In this document: piece after piece, positions 30,355 to 40,634 of the stretch
How the letters are laid out: each line of letters begins with the position of its first letter
Numbering within the stretch: position 1 is the stretch's first letter
Translations under genes and position numbers: made by a program
NCBI RefSeq assembly: GCF_028283785.1
Contig: NZ_JAPWKB010000003.1
Location: 111,211-175,210 of the forward strand
Source: Paraburkholderia sp.
Lineage (GTDB): Bacteria > Pseudomonadota > Gammaproteobacteria > Burkholderiales > Burkholderiaceae
Reading direction: 5' to 3'
Length of the DNA stretch: 64,000 nucleotides
The notes under the pieces: generated by a model
Told to the model about the DNA's origin: nothing
What the model saw: only the letters and a program-made list of their open reading frames with translations
Databases searched by the model: none

Positions 30355-32418
30355 TCAAAAGTCCTTGCAAAGCCGCAGCGCATCGTAAATCGCGCCGTGG
30401 ATGTTGTGCATCGAAATGCAATCGCCGACACGGAACAGCAGGAAGCGGCCATCGCCGAGCGTTTCGCCCAGACACGGTTGCGGCTCGGATGCGAACAGCT
30501 TGTGCACGTCCACCTGACCGCGATTGACCGACTCCGGCTTCAGCGACCAGTACAGCGCGTCGTTCGGCGTGCTGCCGTTTTCGATCACGACCTGATCGAC
30601 CGCGCGCTCTTCCTGCTCCTCGGTGTATTCGTTGCGGATCACGGCGATCTTCTTGCCGTCTTCGTCATAGACCTTGTCGAGCCAGTAGTTCGGCGTGTGG
30701 ACGACGCCCAGCGCATAGAGACGCCGGTAAAATATCGGGAACGTGGTGCCGCCGACGTCGTCCGCGACCTTGACGTCGGGCGTGACGACTTCGACGGTTG
30801 CGCCACGGCTTGCCAGAAAATCCGCGACGCCCGCACCGGCATGCGTGCTGACGCCGTCGTAGACGAGCACGTTCTTGCCGGGCTCGACCTTGCCCGACAG
30901 CACGTCCCACGCGCTCACGGCAAGGCCGTCGGCGACGCCCCAAGCCGGCACTTGCGACGTGAACGACGAACCGCCGGTGGCGAGCACCACGATGTCCGGC
31001 TTCTCGGCCATGATGGTTTTCTCGTCGGCGGCGACGCCCAGACGACGATCGACACCCAGGCGTTTCGTCTCCATATCGAACCAGCGGACGATCCCCGCCA
31101 TCTGTTCGCGCTGCGGCGCTTTTGCGGCCAGCATGATCTGTCCGCCGACGTAATCGTTTTTCTCGAACAGCACGACATCGTGACCGCGCGATTTCGCCAC
31201 GCGCGCCGCCTCGAGTCCGGCCGGCCCCGCGCCGACCACGACGACCTTGCGCTTCGGTCCGCGCGTCCTCGCGATCACGTGCGGCATCGTCGCTTCACGC
31301 GAGGTCGCCGCGTTTTGCACGCACAGCACGTCGAGCCCGTTGTACTGACGGTCGATGCAATAGTTCGCGCCGACGCATTGCTTGATCTCGTCCTCGCGGC
31401 CGTCGCGAATCTTGATGACCATATGCGGATCGGCAATCTGCGCGCGCGTCATGCCGACCAGATCGATCATTCCCGACGCCAGCAGACGCTCGGCTTGCCC
31501 CGCGTCGCGGATGCTTTGCGCGTGCATCACCGGCAGCTTCACCACCGACTTGATGCCTGCCGCGAGGTGAACGAAGGGCTCGGGCGGCAAAGCCATAGGC
31601 GGCATGCAGTTGGCGAGCGTGTTGTGCGTGTCCGCGCCCGATCCGATCACGCCGACGTAATCGATCAGACCCGACTCCGACATCACCTGCGCGATCTCTT
31701 TCAGTTGCTCGTGATCGAGACCGTCTTCGTGGAATTCGTCGCCGCACATCCGCAAGCCGACCGCGAAATCCGCGCCGACTGCTTCGCGCACTGCGTTGAG
31801 CACTTCGGTGCCGAAGCGCAGACGATTGGTCAGCGAGCCGCCCCATTCGTCCGTGCGAAAGTTGGTGCGTGGACTCCAGAACTGATCGATCAGATGCTGA
31901 TGCGCCGCCGAGATTTCGATGCCGTCCATTCCCGCATCTTTCACGCGCTTCGCGGCAGCCGCGAAGTCGGTGATGATGCGGCGAATCTCCTCGACTTCGA
32001 TGATCTTCGCGTTGCCGCGATGCACCGGTTCGCGCACGCCGGACGGCGACATCAGATGCGGCCAGTGCTCGCCGTGAAACGCGTTGCGGCGTCCCATATG
32101 CGTGGCCTGAATCATGATCTTCGCGCCATGCCGATGCATCGCTTCGGCGAGCCGCGACAACGGATCGACGATCGCATCGGTGGACAGGTTGACCGACTTC
32201 CACCAGCCCTGCGGACTATCGATCGACACCGGACTCGATCCGCCGCAAATCGCCAGTCCCACGCCGCCTTTCGCTTTCTCTTCGTAGTAACGGATATAAC
32301 GGTCGCCGGGCAGGCCGTTCGGCTCCGCATAGACCTCCGCGTGCGCCGTGCTGACGATGCGGTTGCGCAGCGTCAGCGTGTTGAGCGTAAGTGGCTTGAA
32401 CAGGTTGGGGTAACGCAT
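30355..32418 (-). CDS. dgcA: dimethylglycine demethylase flavoprotein subunit (OYE-like FMN domain + FAD/NAD(P) domain)
   Basis: 687 aa. N-terminal old-yellow-enzyme TIM barrel ([10 protein letters not shown] ... [14 protein letters not shown]), a Cys cluster, then [14 protein letters not shown] Rossmann motif. Confidence 0.85.
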   Translation of the reverse strand: MRYPNLFKPLTLNTLTLRNRIVSTAHAEVYAEPNGLPGDRYIRYYEEKAKGGVGLAICGGSSPVSIDSPQGWWKSVNLSTDAIVDPLSRLAEAMHRHGAKIMIQATHMGRRNAFHGEHWPHLMSPSGVREPVHRGNAKIIEVEEIRRIITDFAAAAKRVKDAGMDGIEISAAHQHLIDQFWSPRTNFRTDEWGGSLTNRLRFGTEVLNAVREAVGADFAVGLRMCGDEFHEDGLDHEQLKEIAQVMSESGLIDYVGVIGSGADTHNTLANCMPPMALPPEPFVHLAAGIKSVVKLPVMHAQSIRDAGQAERLLASGMIDLVGMTRAQIADPHMVIKIRDGREDEIKQCVGANYCIDRQYNGLDVLCVQNAATSREATMPHVIARTRGPKRKVVVVGAGPAGLEAARVAKSRGHDVVLFEKNDYVGGQIMLAAKAPQREQMAGIVRWFDMETKRLGVDRRLGVAADEKTIMAEKPDIVVLATGGSSFTSQVPAWGVADGLAVSAWDVLSGKVEPGKNVLVYDGVSTHAGAGVADFLASRGATVEVVTPDVKVADDVGGTTFPIFYRRLYALGVVHTPNYWLDKVYDEDGKKIAVIRNEYTEEQEERAVDQVVIENGSTPNDALYWSLKPESVNRGQVDVHKLFASEPQPCLGETLGDGRFLLFRVGDCISMHNIHGAIYDALRLCKDF

Positions 32419-32481
32419 CGCAATCGACCTCGGAATGGGGAGCTATGTGCGTTTTATGGTCGTGGTCTGCCGGCAATCCGC

Positions 32482-33042
32482 TCAGGCGGCCAGCGGCGAC
32501 ACTTCGAATACGCAGTGATGGTGCGCATGATCGTGGCCGTGCGCGTGACCGGCGCCTGCGCATTGCACTTCCCGGGAGAACGAAGGCGGTCCTTTCTTTG
32601 CGGTATCCGGCGCGGTGTCGTTGACCCAGTCCATTGCACCGGCGAACCAGCCGGCGAACATGTAGCAGAGCTTGCCCGCCTTGTCCGGTTGCGCGAGAAC
32701 GAACGACGAATTACGCAATTCGATCTGCGCATGCGCGGTAGCAGGATCGGACTCGCGAATCGTGAATTGCCCCCAGCCGCGTTGCGACAGCCGGTTCAGA
32801 TAATGTTCGAACACGGCCATGCCGCTGATGCCGTGCTGCTTCGCTTCCTTGTCGCACCAGAAATACGCGGACTTGTAGCCCGCTTTATAAAGAATCGCGG
32901 CATACGCATCGAGGCCGAGCGCTTCTTCGACGGCTGCGTGATTGTTCGTGAAGAAATGGCGCGGCACGTACAGCATCGGCAGCGCGTCGGTGGTCCAGAC
33001 GCCGGTTTCCGGATCGACTTCGATGGGCAGTTGCGGTTGCAT
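32482..33042 (-). CDS. conserved protein of unknown function in the dgc cluster, with His-rich C-terminus
   Basis: ATG 33042 (MQPQLPIEV). 186 aa ending in AGAGHAHGHDHAHHHCVFEVSPLAA. Sits between the dipeptidase gene and dgcA. Confidence 0.6.
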   Translation of the reverse strand: MQPQLPIEVDPETGVWTTDALPMLYVPRHFFTNNHAAVEEALGLDAYAAILYKAGYKSAYFWCDKEAKQHGISGMAVFEHYLNRLSQRGWGQFTIRESDPATAHAQIELRNSSFVLAQPDKAGKLCYMFAGWFAGAMDWVNDTAPDTAKKGPPSFSREVQCAGAGHAHGHDHAHHHCVFEVSPLAA

Positions 33043-33104
33043 GTGGGACGTTTTCCGTAGATGAGTCGAGCGATATCGAAGCAAGGAGAAAGAAGCGAAG
33101 ACCG

Positions 33105-34076
33105 TCAGACGTTCCACACCGAGCCGAACACGCGCACCCAGTTTTCGCCCATGATCTTTTTGATCCGCGATTCGCTCCAGCCTGCCCGTTCCATCGCAGC
33201 GGTCAGGTTCGGGAACTCGCCGATCGTGCGAATGCCTTCCGGATTCACGACCTTGCCGAAGTTCGTCAACTGACGATAACGGCCCTTGTCATGCGTGATC
33301 CAGTCGAAGAATTCGGTGCTGTAGCCTTGCGTGAAGTCGGTGCCGATCCCCACCTGATCTTCGCCGATCAGGTCGACCACGTATTCGATCGCCTCGATGT
33401 AGTCGTCGACGGTCGCGTCGGCGCCGCGCTTCAGGAACGGCGCGAACATCGTCACGCCGACGAAGCCGCCCGCGTCCGCGATCTCTTTCAGTTGCTCGTC
33501 GGTCTTGTTGCGCGGATGTTCCTTCAGCCCCGACGGACAGCAATGCGAATAGCAGACCGGCTGCTTCGACGCCGCGATCGCTTCCGACGATGTCTTGCCG
33601 CCCACATGCGACAGATCGACCATGATGCCGACGCGGTTCATTTCCTGGATCACTTCGCGGCCGTAGCCCGACAGCCCGCCGTCGCGTTCGTAGCAACCGG
33701 TACCGACCAGGTTTTGGGTGTTGTAGCAAAGCTGGACCACGTTGACGCCGAGATCCTTGAACGCTTCGATATAGCCGAGGTTGTCTTCGAATGCATGCGC
33801 ATTCTGAAAGCCGAAAATGATGCCGGTCTTGTTCTCTTTCTTCGCGCGATAGATGTCGTCGGTGGTGCGCACGAGCGTCAGGATCTCGCCGTACTCGCGA
33901 ATCTGCTGCTTCATTTCCGCAATGTTATCGACGGTCTTCTGAAAGCTTTCCCAGACCGACACCGTACAGTTCACTGCGGTCACGCCGCCCTTGCGCATGT
34001 CCTCGAACACCGAACGCTCGAACTTCGAAATGTTCAGACCATCGATGATGATGCTGTTGTCGTGCAAGGTGCTCAT
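33105..34076 (-). CDS. membrane-dipeptidase (peptidase M19) family protein
   Basis: 323 aa. IIDGLN, VDLSHVG and GIGTDF motifs of the renal-dipeptidase fold. Confidence 0.9.
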   Translation of the reverse strand: MSTLHDNSIIIDGLNISKFERSVFEDMRKGGVTAVNCTVSVWESFQKTVDNIAEMKQQIREYGEILTLVRTTDDIYRAKKENKTGIIFGFQNAHAFEDNLGYIEAFKDLGVNVVQLCYNTQNLVGTGCYERDGGLSGYGREVIQEMNRVGIMVDLSHVGGKTSSEAIAASKQPVCYSHCCPSGLKEHPRNKTDEQLKEIADAGGFVGVTMFAPFLKRGADATVDDYIEAIEYVVDLIGEDQVGIGTDFTQGYSTEFFDWITHDKGRYRQLTNFGKVVNPEGIRTIGEFPNLTAAMERAGWSESRIKKIMGENWVRVFGSVWNV

Positions 34077-34513
34077 CTGTCGCTCCAGGAGTTCTCAAAG
34101 GATGGGAAGGCGCGGGCCAGCCGACGTTGCGTGTGCTGTGGGGCATCGCTGGCGTTGGATCTATTCTTGACGCTCGCCCTCCGCGTCAATTTATGAATTC
34201 AGACGCGTTCTTTGCCTTTTCCGCCATGCGCGACTCTTTTCCTCAAGTCGCACGACACTTGCTTGCAGTGCGCCGACGGTATTGCACCGTCGCGGCGTGA
34301 ACATGCGTGTTCGCGGTGCGTGCATCCGCGGCCTGGCTCCGTGCTGGTGCCGCGCCGGTCGCCGTTTGCAGAAAGATATTTAGTGATCCATGATTGATCG
34401 GCCTCATTCAGGGTTTAGCCTGATGGCATGGTAGTTGCCTTAGAAACAAGAATGAGATGAGGCGGCACCCCACGCCGCCGCGACACGACAGATTCCAAGG
34501 AATCAATTCCAAT

Positions 34514-35509
34514 ATGTCACCCGACCGCACTGCGTCGCTATCGCACTTCGCGTTCATGCCGCTGCCGAACTTCACGATGATCGCGTTCACCAATGCGATC
34601 GAAGTGCTGCGCATGGCGAACTACCTGTCGGGCCAAACGCTGTATCGATGGTCGATCGTGAGTCCCGATGGCGGACCTGTTACCGCCAGTAATGGCTTGT
34701 CGGTGGACACCGGGCCGATCGAATGCGTCGGTCAGCCGGATATCGTGTTCGTGGTCGGCGGCATCGACGTGCAACGTGCGACGACGCCCGCGCATCTCGC
34801 CGGCCTGCGTCGTTTCGCGCGGCTCGGCAGTGTGCTGGGGAGTCTGTGCACCGGCACCTATGCACTCGCGCGCGCGGGTCTGCTGGCCGGATATGCGTGT
34901 GCGATTCACTGGGAGAACATGTCGGCGCTGAAGGAAGAGTTTCCCGACACGCGTTTCCTGAAAGAACTGTTTGTCATCGACCGGGATCGGGTCACGTGCA
35001 CTGGCGGCGTCGCGCCGCTCGACATGATGCTGAACCTGATTGCCGCGCGCATCGGCACGGCCCGCGTCACGCAGATCGCGGAACAGTTCATCGTCGATCA
35101 TGTACGCGATACGAGCGCGCAGCAGCGCATGCCGCTGGTGGCCCGTTTGGGATCGGCGAACAAGTCGCTGTTCGAAGTGATCTCGCTGATGGAAAACAAT
35201 ATCGAAGAGCCGTTGTCGCGCGAAGAGCTGGCGCGCCTCGCGGGGATGTCGCAACGCCAGTTGCAGCGGCTTTTTCGCGAGCATCTCGGCATGACGCCGA
35301 CCCATTACTATCTGACGCTGCGCTTGCGTCGCGCGCGTGAGTTGCTGCTGCAAACCGATATGTCGATCATGCATATCACGATGGCATGCGGTTTCCAGTC
35401 CGCGTGTCATTTTTCGAAGAGCTATCGCGATGCGTTCGGCACCGCGCCGACGCGCGAGCGTCGTCGCCAGGCGCCGTCGCTGGCTGCGATGCCGGCGATG
35501 GTCGCCTGA
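34514..35509 (+). CDS. gbdR: GlxA/AraC-family activator of betaine catabolism (DJ-1/PfpI-like domain + AraC HTH)
   Basis: ATG 34514. FAFMPLPNFTMIAFTNAIEVLRMAN N-terminus; C-terminal AraC HTH (ACGFQSACHFSKSYRDAFG). Divergent from the dgc operon. Confidence 0.85.
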   Translation: MSPDRTASLSHFAFMPLPNFTMIAFTNAIEVLRMANYLSGQTLYRWSIVSPDGGPVTASNGLSVDTGPIECVGQPDIVFVVGGIDVQRATTPAHLAGLRRFARLGSVLGSLCTGTYALARAGLLAGYACAIHWENMSALKEEFPDTRFLKELFVIDRDRVTCTGGVAPLDMMLNLIAARIGTARVTQIAEQFIVDHVRDTSAQQRMPLVARLGSANKSLFEVISLMENNIEEPLSREELARLAGMSQRQLQRLFREHLGMTPTHYYLTLRLRRARELLLQTDMSIMHITMACGFQSACHFSKSYRDAFGTAPTRERRRQAPSLAAMPAMVA

Positions 35510-35547
35510 ACCGCTCAACGCTCGCCTCTCACGGCTGCCCGCATAAA

Positions 35548-35587
35548 CGAAAAGCCCGTCTCGCGTATCCGCGAGACGGGCTTTTTG
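35548..35587. terminator. bidirectional rho-independent terminator
   Basis: gaaaAGCCCGTCTCGCGtatcCGCGAGACGGGCTtttt: 13-bp perfect stem with A-run and T-run flanks, between convergent gbdR and the MFS remnant. Confidence 0.8.
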
Positions 35588-35601
35588 ATTGTGCTAACCG
35601 A

Positions 35602-36729
35602 TCATTCGCGCACGGGTCGCAAGCCGAGCGAGGTCTCGCTATCCACCGCTTCCGACACGAGCGTTTCGAGCGCGAGTCCACGTGTCTCGATGCCGAGCAC
35701 CCACACGGCAAGCGCCGCAATCACGAAGCACATCGCCCCGAGCGAGAACACGCCGCCCTGTCCGAACATCGGCAACACCACGCCGACGACGTACGGTCCG
35801 ATCAGCGAACCGACCCGCCCGATCGTCGACGCGAATCCCGAACCCGTCGCGCGCGCGCCGGTGCCGTAGAGTTCCGGCGTGTATGTGTAAAGCACCGCCC
35901 ACATCGCGAACAGGAAGAATTGCATCGCCAGACCCGCGCAGATCAGCAGGGTCGGCGTGTCCGCATGCAATGCCGTCTGTCCGTACACATAGGCCATCAC
36001 GCCGCTACCGACCAGCGATGCGATACACGTCGGCTTGCGTCCCCAGCGTTCGACGAGCCACGCCGCGCACAGAAAACCGGGAATGCCGCCGAGCGAAATC
36101 AACACGGTATACAGCACCGATTTGGTGACGGCGAAACCCGCCTGCTGCATCAGCGCGCCGAGCCACGACGTCAATCCGTAGAAGCCGAGCAGCGCGAAGA
36201 ACCACAGCGTCCAGACCATGATCGTGCGGCGGCGATAGGCGGCGCTCCAGATTTCGCGGAAGGCGCTGCTGCCCGTCGACACCGGCGCTTCGGCAAGCAT
36301 CACCGGTACGGGCAGGCTCTTCAGCCCGGTCGACTTCATCACGCGTGCTTCGACTGCGGTGAGTACGGCGTCGGCATCTGCGTGGCGGCCGCGATGTTCG
36401 AGCCAGCGTGGCGACTCCGGCACGACCCGACGCACGATCAGCACGAACACGGCGGGAATCGCGAGTAACGCGAACTCGGTGCGCCAGCCGAATTGCGGCA
36501 GCACGAAGTACGACACGACGCCGGAGGCGATAAAACCGAGCGGCCAGAAACCGTCCATCAATGCGATCAGACGGCCGCGCGACGCCGTCGGAACGAATTC
36601 CGACAACAGCGTCTGCGCAATCGGAAACTCCATGCCCATGCCGAAGCCGAGCAGCACGCGAAACACGATCAACGCTTCGACGCTATGCGCGGTCGAGCAC
36701 AGGTAAGAGGCCACGCCCCACAACACCAT
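35602..36729 (-). pseudogene. MFS transporter lacking its 5' end (first ~80 codons, TM1-2), truncated by prophage insertion
   Basis: The 375-aa remnant begins inside TM3 (WSMVLWGVASYLC...LLGFGMGMEFP). The upstream in-frame sequence (...DEDTKSHIFHGLTPTTPYQ) is non-hydrophobic and has no start codon. The integrase gene begins ~130 bp away. Confidence 0.8.
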
Positions 36730-36856
36730 GCTCCACTGGTATGGAGTTGTGGGCGTAAGCCCATGAAAAATATGTGATTTTGTATCTTCGTCAAATATTA
36801 GTCCAATTCCTGTCCAATAAGGCTTAAGCGGCCAGTCGATCTTTTTGGTTTTCGTT

Positions 36857-38035
36857 TCATCGCGGCTGACTCCTGACCTTCACCTCCGTCCATTCCCTGC
36901 CCCGATTGTCGCGATAGAGCGCGGTCATTTCAGCGGATCTGTGACCTGCCAAAGCCTGAGCAAAATCAGGCCCGATCTCTTCTGAGTAGAGGCGAATCGC
37001 AAGCGATCGGATCTCATGGAAAGAAGGTGGATTCTTGCCTGCGCTTCCTTCGACTCCTGCAGCAGCACGTTGGGCCGCAAATTCGACGCTGATTCGATCG
37101 GGATATACCTTGTTGCCAGGCCGTGATGGCCCGCGCGCCCTGATGAAGTGGACCATGTGCTTCGACACCACGTCGTCGCGACACCGCTTGATCATCCCCT
37201 CAATGGTCAGGCCAAGGGCGGTCAGACCAATACTCGTAGGGATTTTCAACTTTACCTTCCCCTGCATCTTGATTGGCTCAACCCAAAGAAAACCATCCTT
37301 GACCTGATCGAATTGCATCGCTGCAATGTCTGACAGGCGCTGGCCCGTCAGCAACGCAAGCTCGAATGCGTTTGCCGCCCAGCACAAACCGGGGTCTTCG
37401 CGCGTTTTATTGACGATCTTGAGAAAGTCTTCCAACGTCAGACGATCGCGCGCCACTTCCACCTTCGGCGTGGCCACGGGCACGACAGGATTTTTCCCAA
37501 GATCAATATGCCCCTTCGCCTCGGCTGCCCGAAAGACATCGAGCATCCGGCTGCGAATCTTCGCCGTCATCGTCGCGCCGCGGCTCTCCGTAATCGTTTC
37601 GATGTAGGTGTCGACGTCTGAGGTAGACACGTTGCGCAAGGCCTGGTTGGCGAATGGCGCGGACTTGATTGCCCGTATCTGCGTCTGAACGGCCTTGACC
37701 GTATTCGCGGCCTTGCCGGACTCCTCGAATTTCTCGAGATATTTGTCGCACCAACCATCAAGCGTCAGGGTACCCCCGTCTATCCGATGGATGAGGCTGA
37801 CGTCGCCAGCGCGGCGAAGCAGCTCGGCGTTAGCTGCTTTTGCCTCTGCGGAGGCGACCTTAAAGTCGCGGCCCAAGCCATACGAGTTCCCGGTCGCCGG
37901 ATTCCTGAACCAGTAATAGCCGGCCGCATTCCTGTACAGGTTCGGCGGCCAGCCTCGCCTTTCGGCAATTCTTCGTCTAGCGGCCACGCGACATCCTCTC
38001 AATGCGGTCAACTCTCGGATCGACATACTCCGCAT
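36857..38035 (-). CDS. int: lambda-type tyrosine integrase
   Basis: The N-terminal arm-binding region matches the lambda Int pattern (PPNLYRNAAGYYWFRNPATGNSYGLGRD). C-terminal catalytic residues are in HEIRSLAIRL...HRSAEMTALY. Confidence 0.95.
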   Translation of the reverse strand: MRSMSIRELTALRGCRVAARRRIAERRGWPPNLYRNAAGYYWFRNPATGNSYGLGRDFKVASAEAKAANAELLRRAGDVSLIHRIDGGTLTLDGWCDKYLEKFEESGKAANTVKAVQTQIRAIKSAPFANQALRNVSTSDVDTYIETITESRGATMTAKIRSRMLDVFRAAEAKGHIDLGKNPVVPVATPKVEVARDRLTLEDFLKIVNKTREDPGLCWAANAFELALLTGQRLSDIAAMQFDQVKDGFLWVEPIKMQGKVKLKIPTSIGLTALGLTIEGMIKRCRDDVVSKHMVHFIRARGPSRPGNKVYPDRISVEFAAQRAAAGVEGSAGKNPPSFHEIRSLAIRLYSEEIGPDFAQALAGHRSAEMTALYRDNRGREWTEVKVRSQPR

Positions 38036-38186
38036 CAGGCCGGCAAAAATACTGGCGCCCGACCTTTCTCGGGAGCGGCCGGATTTTGCCGTTCTTGATC
38101 CAGTTCAGTAATGTGTTGGCGTGCGGAACCCGCTCGCCAAACATGCCCTCCGCCCACGTCCGGACGGGAATCAGTTGCGCTGCCAT
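37977..38186 (-). CDS. xis: excisionase (lambda Xis-like)
   Basis: 69 aa with gggagg SD. The TLLNWIKNGKIRPLPRKVGRQYF pattern resembles the lambda Xis winged helix. Overlaps the int start as in lambda. Confidence 0.75.
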   Translation of the reverse strand: MAAQLIPVRTWAEGMFGERVPHANTLLNWIKNGKIRPLPRKVGRQYFCRPDAEYVDPRVDRIERMSRGR

Positions 38187-38248
38187 TTACTACCTCCCAA
38201 ACCAATCTTTTCGGGTAACGGTCAAAATCCGCTCAAACGCTGTTTCCA

Positions 38249-38401
38249 TCACCCCTGTTCCTCAGTTAATTCGCGCACCGTCCGTTCTGCCTCATCCACG
38301 ACCGGCTTCCACCGGTTGATCGTGGCGATTGCGCCGATCAGGTCACATTTCACGCACTGGCATGACCACGGAATTCCGTGGCTGCATTGATTGTCAGGCA
38401 T
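38249..38401 (-). CDS. small Cys-rich hypothetical protein (50 aa)
   Basis: Hand-translated as MPDNQCSHGIPWSCQCVKCDLIGAIATINRWKPVVDEAERTVRELTEEQG. GGAG lies 8 nt upstream. Below the ORF-track size cutoff. Confidence 0.3.
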   Translation of the reverse strand: MPDNQCSHGIPWSCQCVKCDLIGAIATINRWKPVVDEAERTVRELTEEQG

Positions 38402-38509
38402 CGTGTTACTCCGTTGTTTCGATGATTCTTCGGTCAGCTTTTCAGCCTTCTTCGTGTGTTCGGGACTCGTATTCGGCTGTGTTAGGATGGCTGCAAATAG
38501 GAGATGACC

Positions 38510-38707
38510 ATGAGTTCCGCTCTAGCCCCTGATCTCAAAGCCTTCGGTCAAACCGCATCCCATGGAGATGCGTACGTTTGGGCTGTATGGGTCATCGACG
38601 TTTCGGCAGGACAGGTCCGCAAATTCATTCCATCGTCCGAAATCTATGCGACCGAAGCGGAGGCGCAGTCAGCGCTAGATGTCGTTCTTGCTGATTTAAC
38701 TTCCTAG
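38510..38707 (+). CDS. hypothetical protein, reverse-oriented relative to flanking phage genes (moron-like)
   Basis: ORF 38504..38707. The second ATG (38510) has aggag at a proper spacing. Confidence 0.45.
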   Translation: MSSALAPDLKAFGQTASHGDAYVWAVWVIDVSAGQVRKFIPSSEIYATEAEAQSALDVVLADLTS

Positions 38708-38752
38708 CGCCGCACCGCCTTTCTGTTCGGATAGCGCGCGCATTAACCATGA

Positions 38753-39082
38753 TCAAAGCTCCGGGTCATCGGCAAGCCAGTCAGGGTCTGTAGCGCGCTC
38801 TCGCCAGTTAACGGCGTCCTGCTGCGCCTGTCCAAGCTCCTTCGTCAGCACCGCTACCTGTTCCCGCAGCGCGCGGAGTTCGGCGTCGGGGTGCGCCAGC
38901 GTAACGCCCTGATTGCCCTGCATATCGGTTGCCCCTGTTCCCGTGACAGGTACGATGACCGCCACCGCGTCATTTACGGTCGGATTTTTATCGGCTTCGA
39001 GGGCGCGAAGGCGCTTATCCAGATCGTCAAGAATAGACTGCGGGAACCGGCGTCCGCCTTGATAGTTAAGGGGGTTAGTCAT
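38753..39082 (-). CDS. hypothetical phage protein
   Basis: ATG 39082 overlaps the upstream stop (ATGACTAA), with ggagg SD. Has a coiled-coil-like C-terminus. Confidence 0.6.
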   Translation of the reverse strand: MTNPLNYQGGRRFPQSILDDLDKRLRALEADKNPTVNDAVAVIVPVTGTGATDMQGNQGVTLAHPDAELRALREQVAVLTKELGQAQQDAVNWRERATDPDWLADDPEL

Positions 39083-39872
39083 TCGAACCTCCGGTGCGTG
39101 CGGCTTTGATGATCTGCCGGATGGCGTCTGCTTGCCGCGAGTAGCCGTCATTCGACAGCTTTTCCGCGATCTGTCGCGCCCATTCTTCGAACGTCAGCCC
39201 CTCGCGCTCGTTGCTCGCAACTGGCGATGCGGTACGGCCGAGACGAATGTCTCGCGGGCAACCGCGATTGCCACCCTCCGGAAAGGCGCACGGCAAGTCA
39301 GCATCATTTCCGTGGCAAGTTGGGCAAGCAGTTCTGCTGTCAGACGTAACGACAAGTGCGTACTCAGCCTGCTCACAATCGCCGATGCTGTCTTGGCACC
39401 AAGTATGCGATCCGTCGTCGCCCATGCCCCGCTGAAGCCAGATGCGTGGCGGTGCCCAGCCCACCGCCTCCGCTGCCTGTTCTTGCGCGACGGGTGATGT
39501 GGGCGGGGAAGCATAGAGGGGTATCTCCACGTAATCTACCCATCCACCTTTCGGCGCTTCTGCACGTTTTTCAATAAGACGAACGCCCGAAGTCCCCGGT
39601 TTGACGCACTTGTACATCCACGCGACCGCCTCTGCCTGTGCTTGCACCTTCGGCGTGCCGTCAGCGTTGAAGCAATAGTGGCCACCATCGCAGCCTATCG
39701 CAGCGCAACCACCCGGCTTACACGCTGCCTGTGCTTGCGATGGCTGGGCGGCGAGAAGGGCGCGTGCGAAGTCCATATCTTGCTCCGTGGCGCAGGTGCC
39801 ATAGACAGACTTCGCAATATCTTTGATGCGTTCATCCGTCATCGCGCTAGATGTGTTTGGGGTGGGGGTCAT
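39075..39872 (-). CDS. hypothetical phage protein (Cys-rich)
   Basis: 265-aa ORF with natural composition, coupled to its neighbours. Confidence 0.6.
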   Translation of the reverse strand: MTPTPNTSSAMTDERIKDIAKSVYGTCATEQDMDFARALLAAQPSQAQAACKPGGCAAIGCDGGHYCFNADGTPKVQAQAEAVAWMYKCVKPGTSGVRLIEKRAEAPKGGWVDYVEIPLYASPPTSPVAQEQAAEAVGWAPPRIWLQRGMGDDGSHTWCQDSIGDCEQAEYALVVTSDSRTACPTCHGNDADLPCAFPEGGNRGCPRDIRLGRTASPVASNEREGLTFEEWARQIAEKLSNDGYSRQADAIRQIIKAARTGGSND

Positions 39873-40066
39873 TTTGATTCCTCAGTGTTTGCCTGCCTCT
39901 CGACCCATGCATTGAACTCGTCGGTCAGCTTGTTGATGGGGTTGTCAGGACAGATGACTGGGTTGCGAGTGACCTGCAATTCCCGGATGTAATGCCCCGG
40001 CCCATTGAGTGCCACCAGAACCTCACGCAGCGCTTTTGCATCCACTTCGATGCGCTCATCAGCCAT
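39869..40066 (-). CDS. hypothetical phage protein (65 aa)
   Basis: MADERIEVDAKALREV... The ATG overlaps the upstream stop (ATGGCTGA). The rest of the 227-aa track ORF is an out-of-frame shadow of 40059..40634. Confidence 0.5.
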   Translation of the reverse strand: MADERIEVDAKALREVLVALNGPGHYIRELQVTRNPVICPDNPINKLTDEFNAWVERQANTEESK

Positions 40067-40634
40067 GATCCGCCTCTCCCTTAACCACGCCGGTAGCGTC
40101 GGCGCGGTTCTTCTCCCCCTCATCTTGAGCGGTAGCGGCGAGAGCGGATCTGGCTTCGTTCCAGACAGCGCACCATGCGCATTGCGTGCCAGACAGAGCG
40201 CCATTGTCGCCATCCCAAATTCCCGGGCGAGAATGCCCGTGGCCGGGCGCGTTCTGACTTTCGGGGCGCCAATGGCGTTGCGGTATTTCGCGGATGAGGA
40301 GTGCCAGAAGATTCCGCCATGTATCGGCGTCCCTCTTGTCCGTCTCGGGAGTGGGAGCGACGGGTGCGGCGTGGCGGATGATTTTGACGACCATTTCGAC
40401 GCAATCGACCGGCAGGCCAATGCCGTGCGCTTCGCAAATCTGCACAACGCGGTCATAGTCAACCGGCGCTTGCGCTGCGTCGGGGATAGCGGCGCGGGAT
40501 GCCAGGGCGGCATTCCACGCGAGCCGTGCGGCGCGAACTTCGGCTTGTGCATCAGGGTCGGTCGATCCGTAGTCGAACCCCTGCTCGTCGCAGAACAGTT
40601 CGAAAGCGGGATTGTTGGTAGTCGTTTCGGTCAT
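40059..40634 (-). CDS. hypothetical phage protein
   Basis: 191 aa, acidic and of natural composition. Its start overlaps the deaminase gene stop. Confidence 0.6.
   Translation of the reverse strand: MTETTTNNPAFELFCDEQGFDYGSTDPDAQAEVRAARLAWNAALASRAAIPDAAQAPVDYDRVVQICEAHGIGLPVDCVEMVVKIIRHAAPVAPTPETDKRDADTWRNLLALLIREIPQRHWRPESQNAPGHGHSRPGIWDGDNGALSGTQCAWCAVWNEARSALAATAQDEGEKNRADATGVVKGEADHG

Noticed and set aside
39869-40552. 227-aa ORF overlapping 40059..40634
   Set aside because: Only its last 65 codons, starting at an ATG that overlaps the upstream stop, look like protein. The remainder is out of frame over a better ORF.
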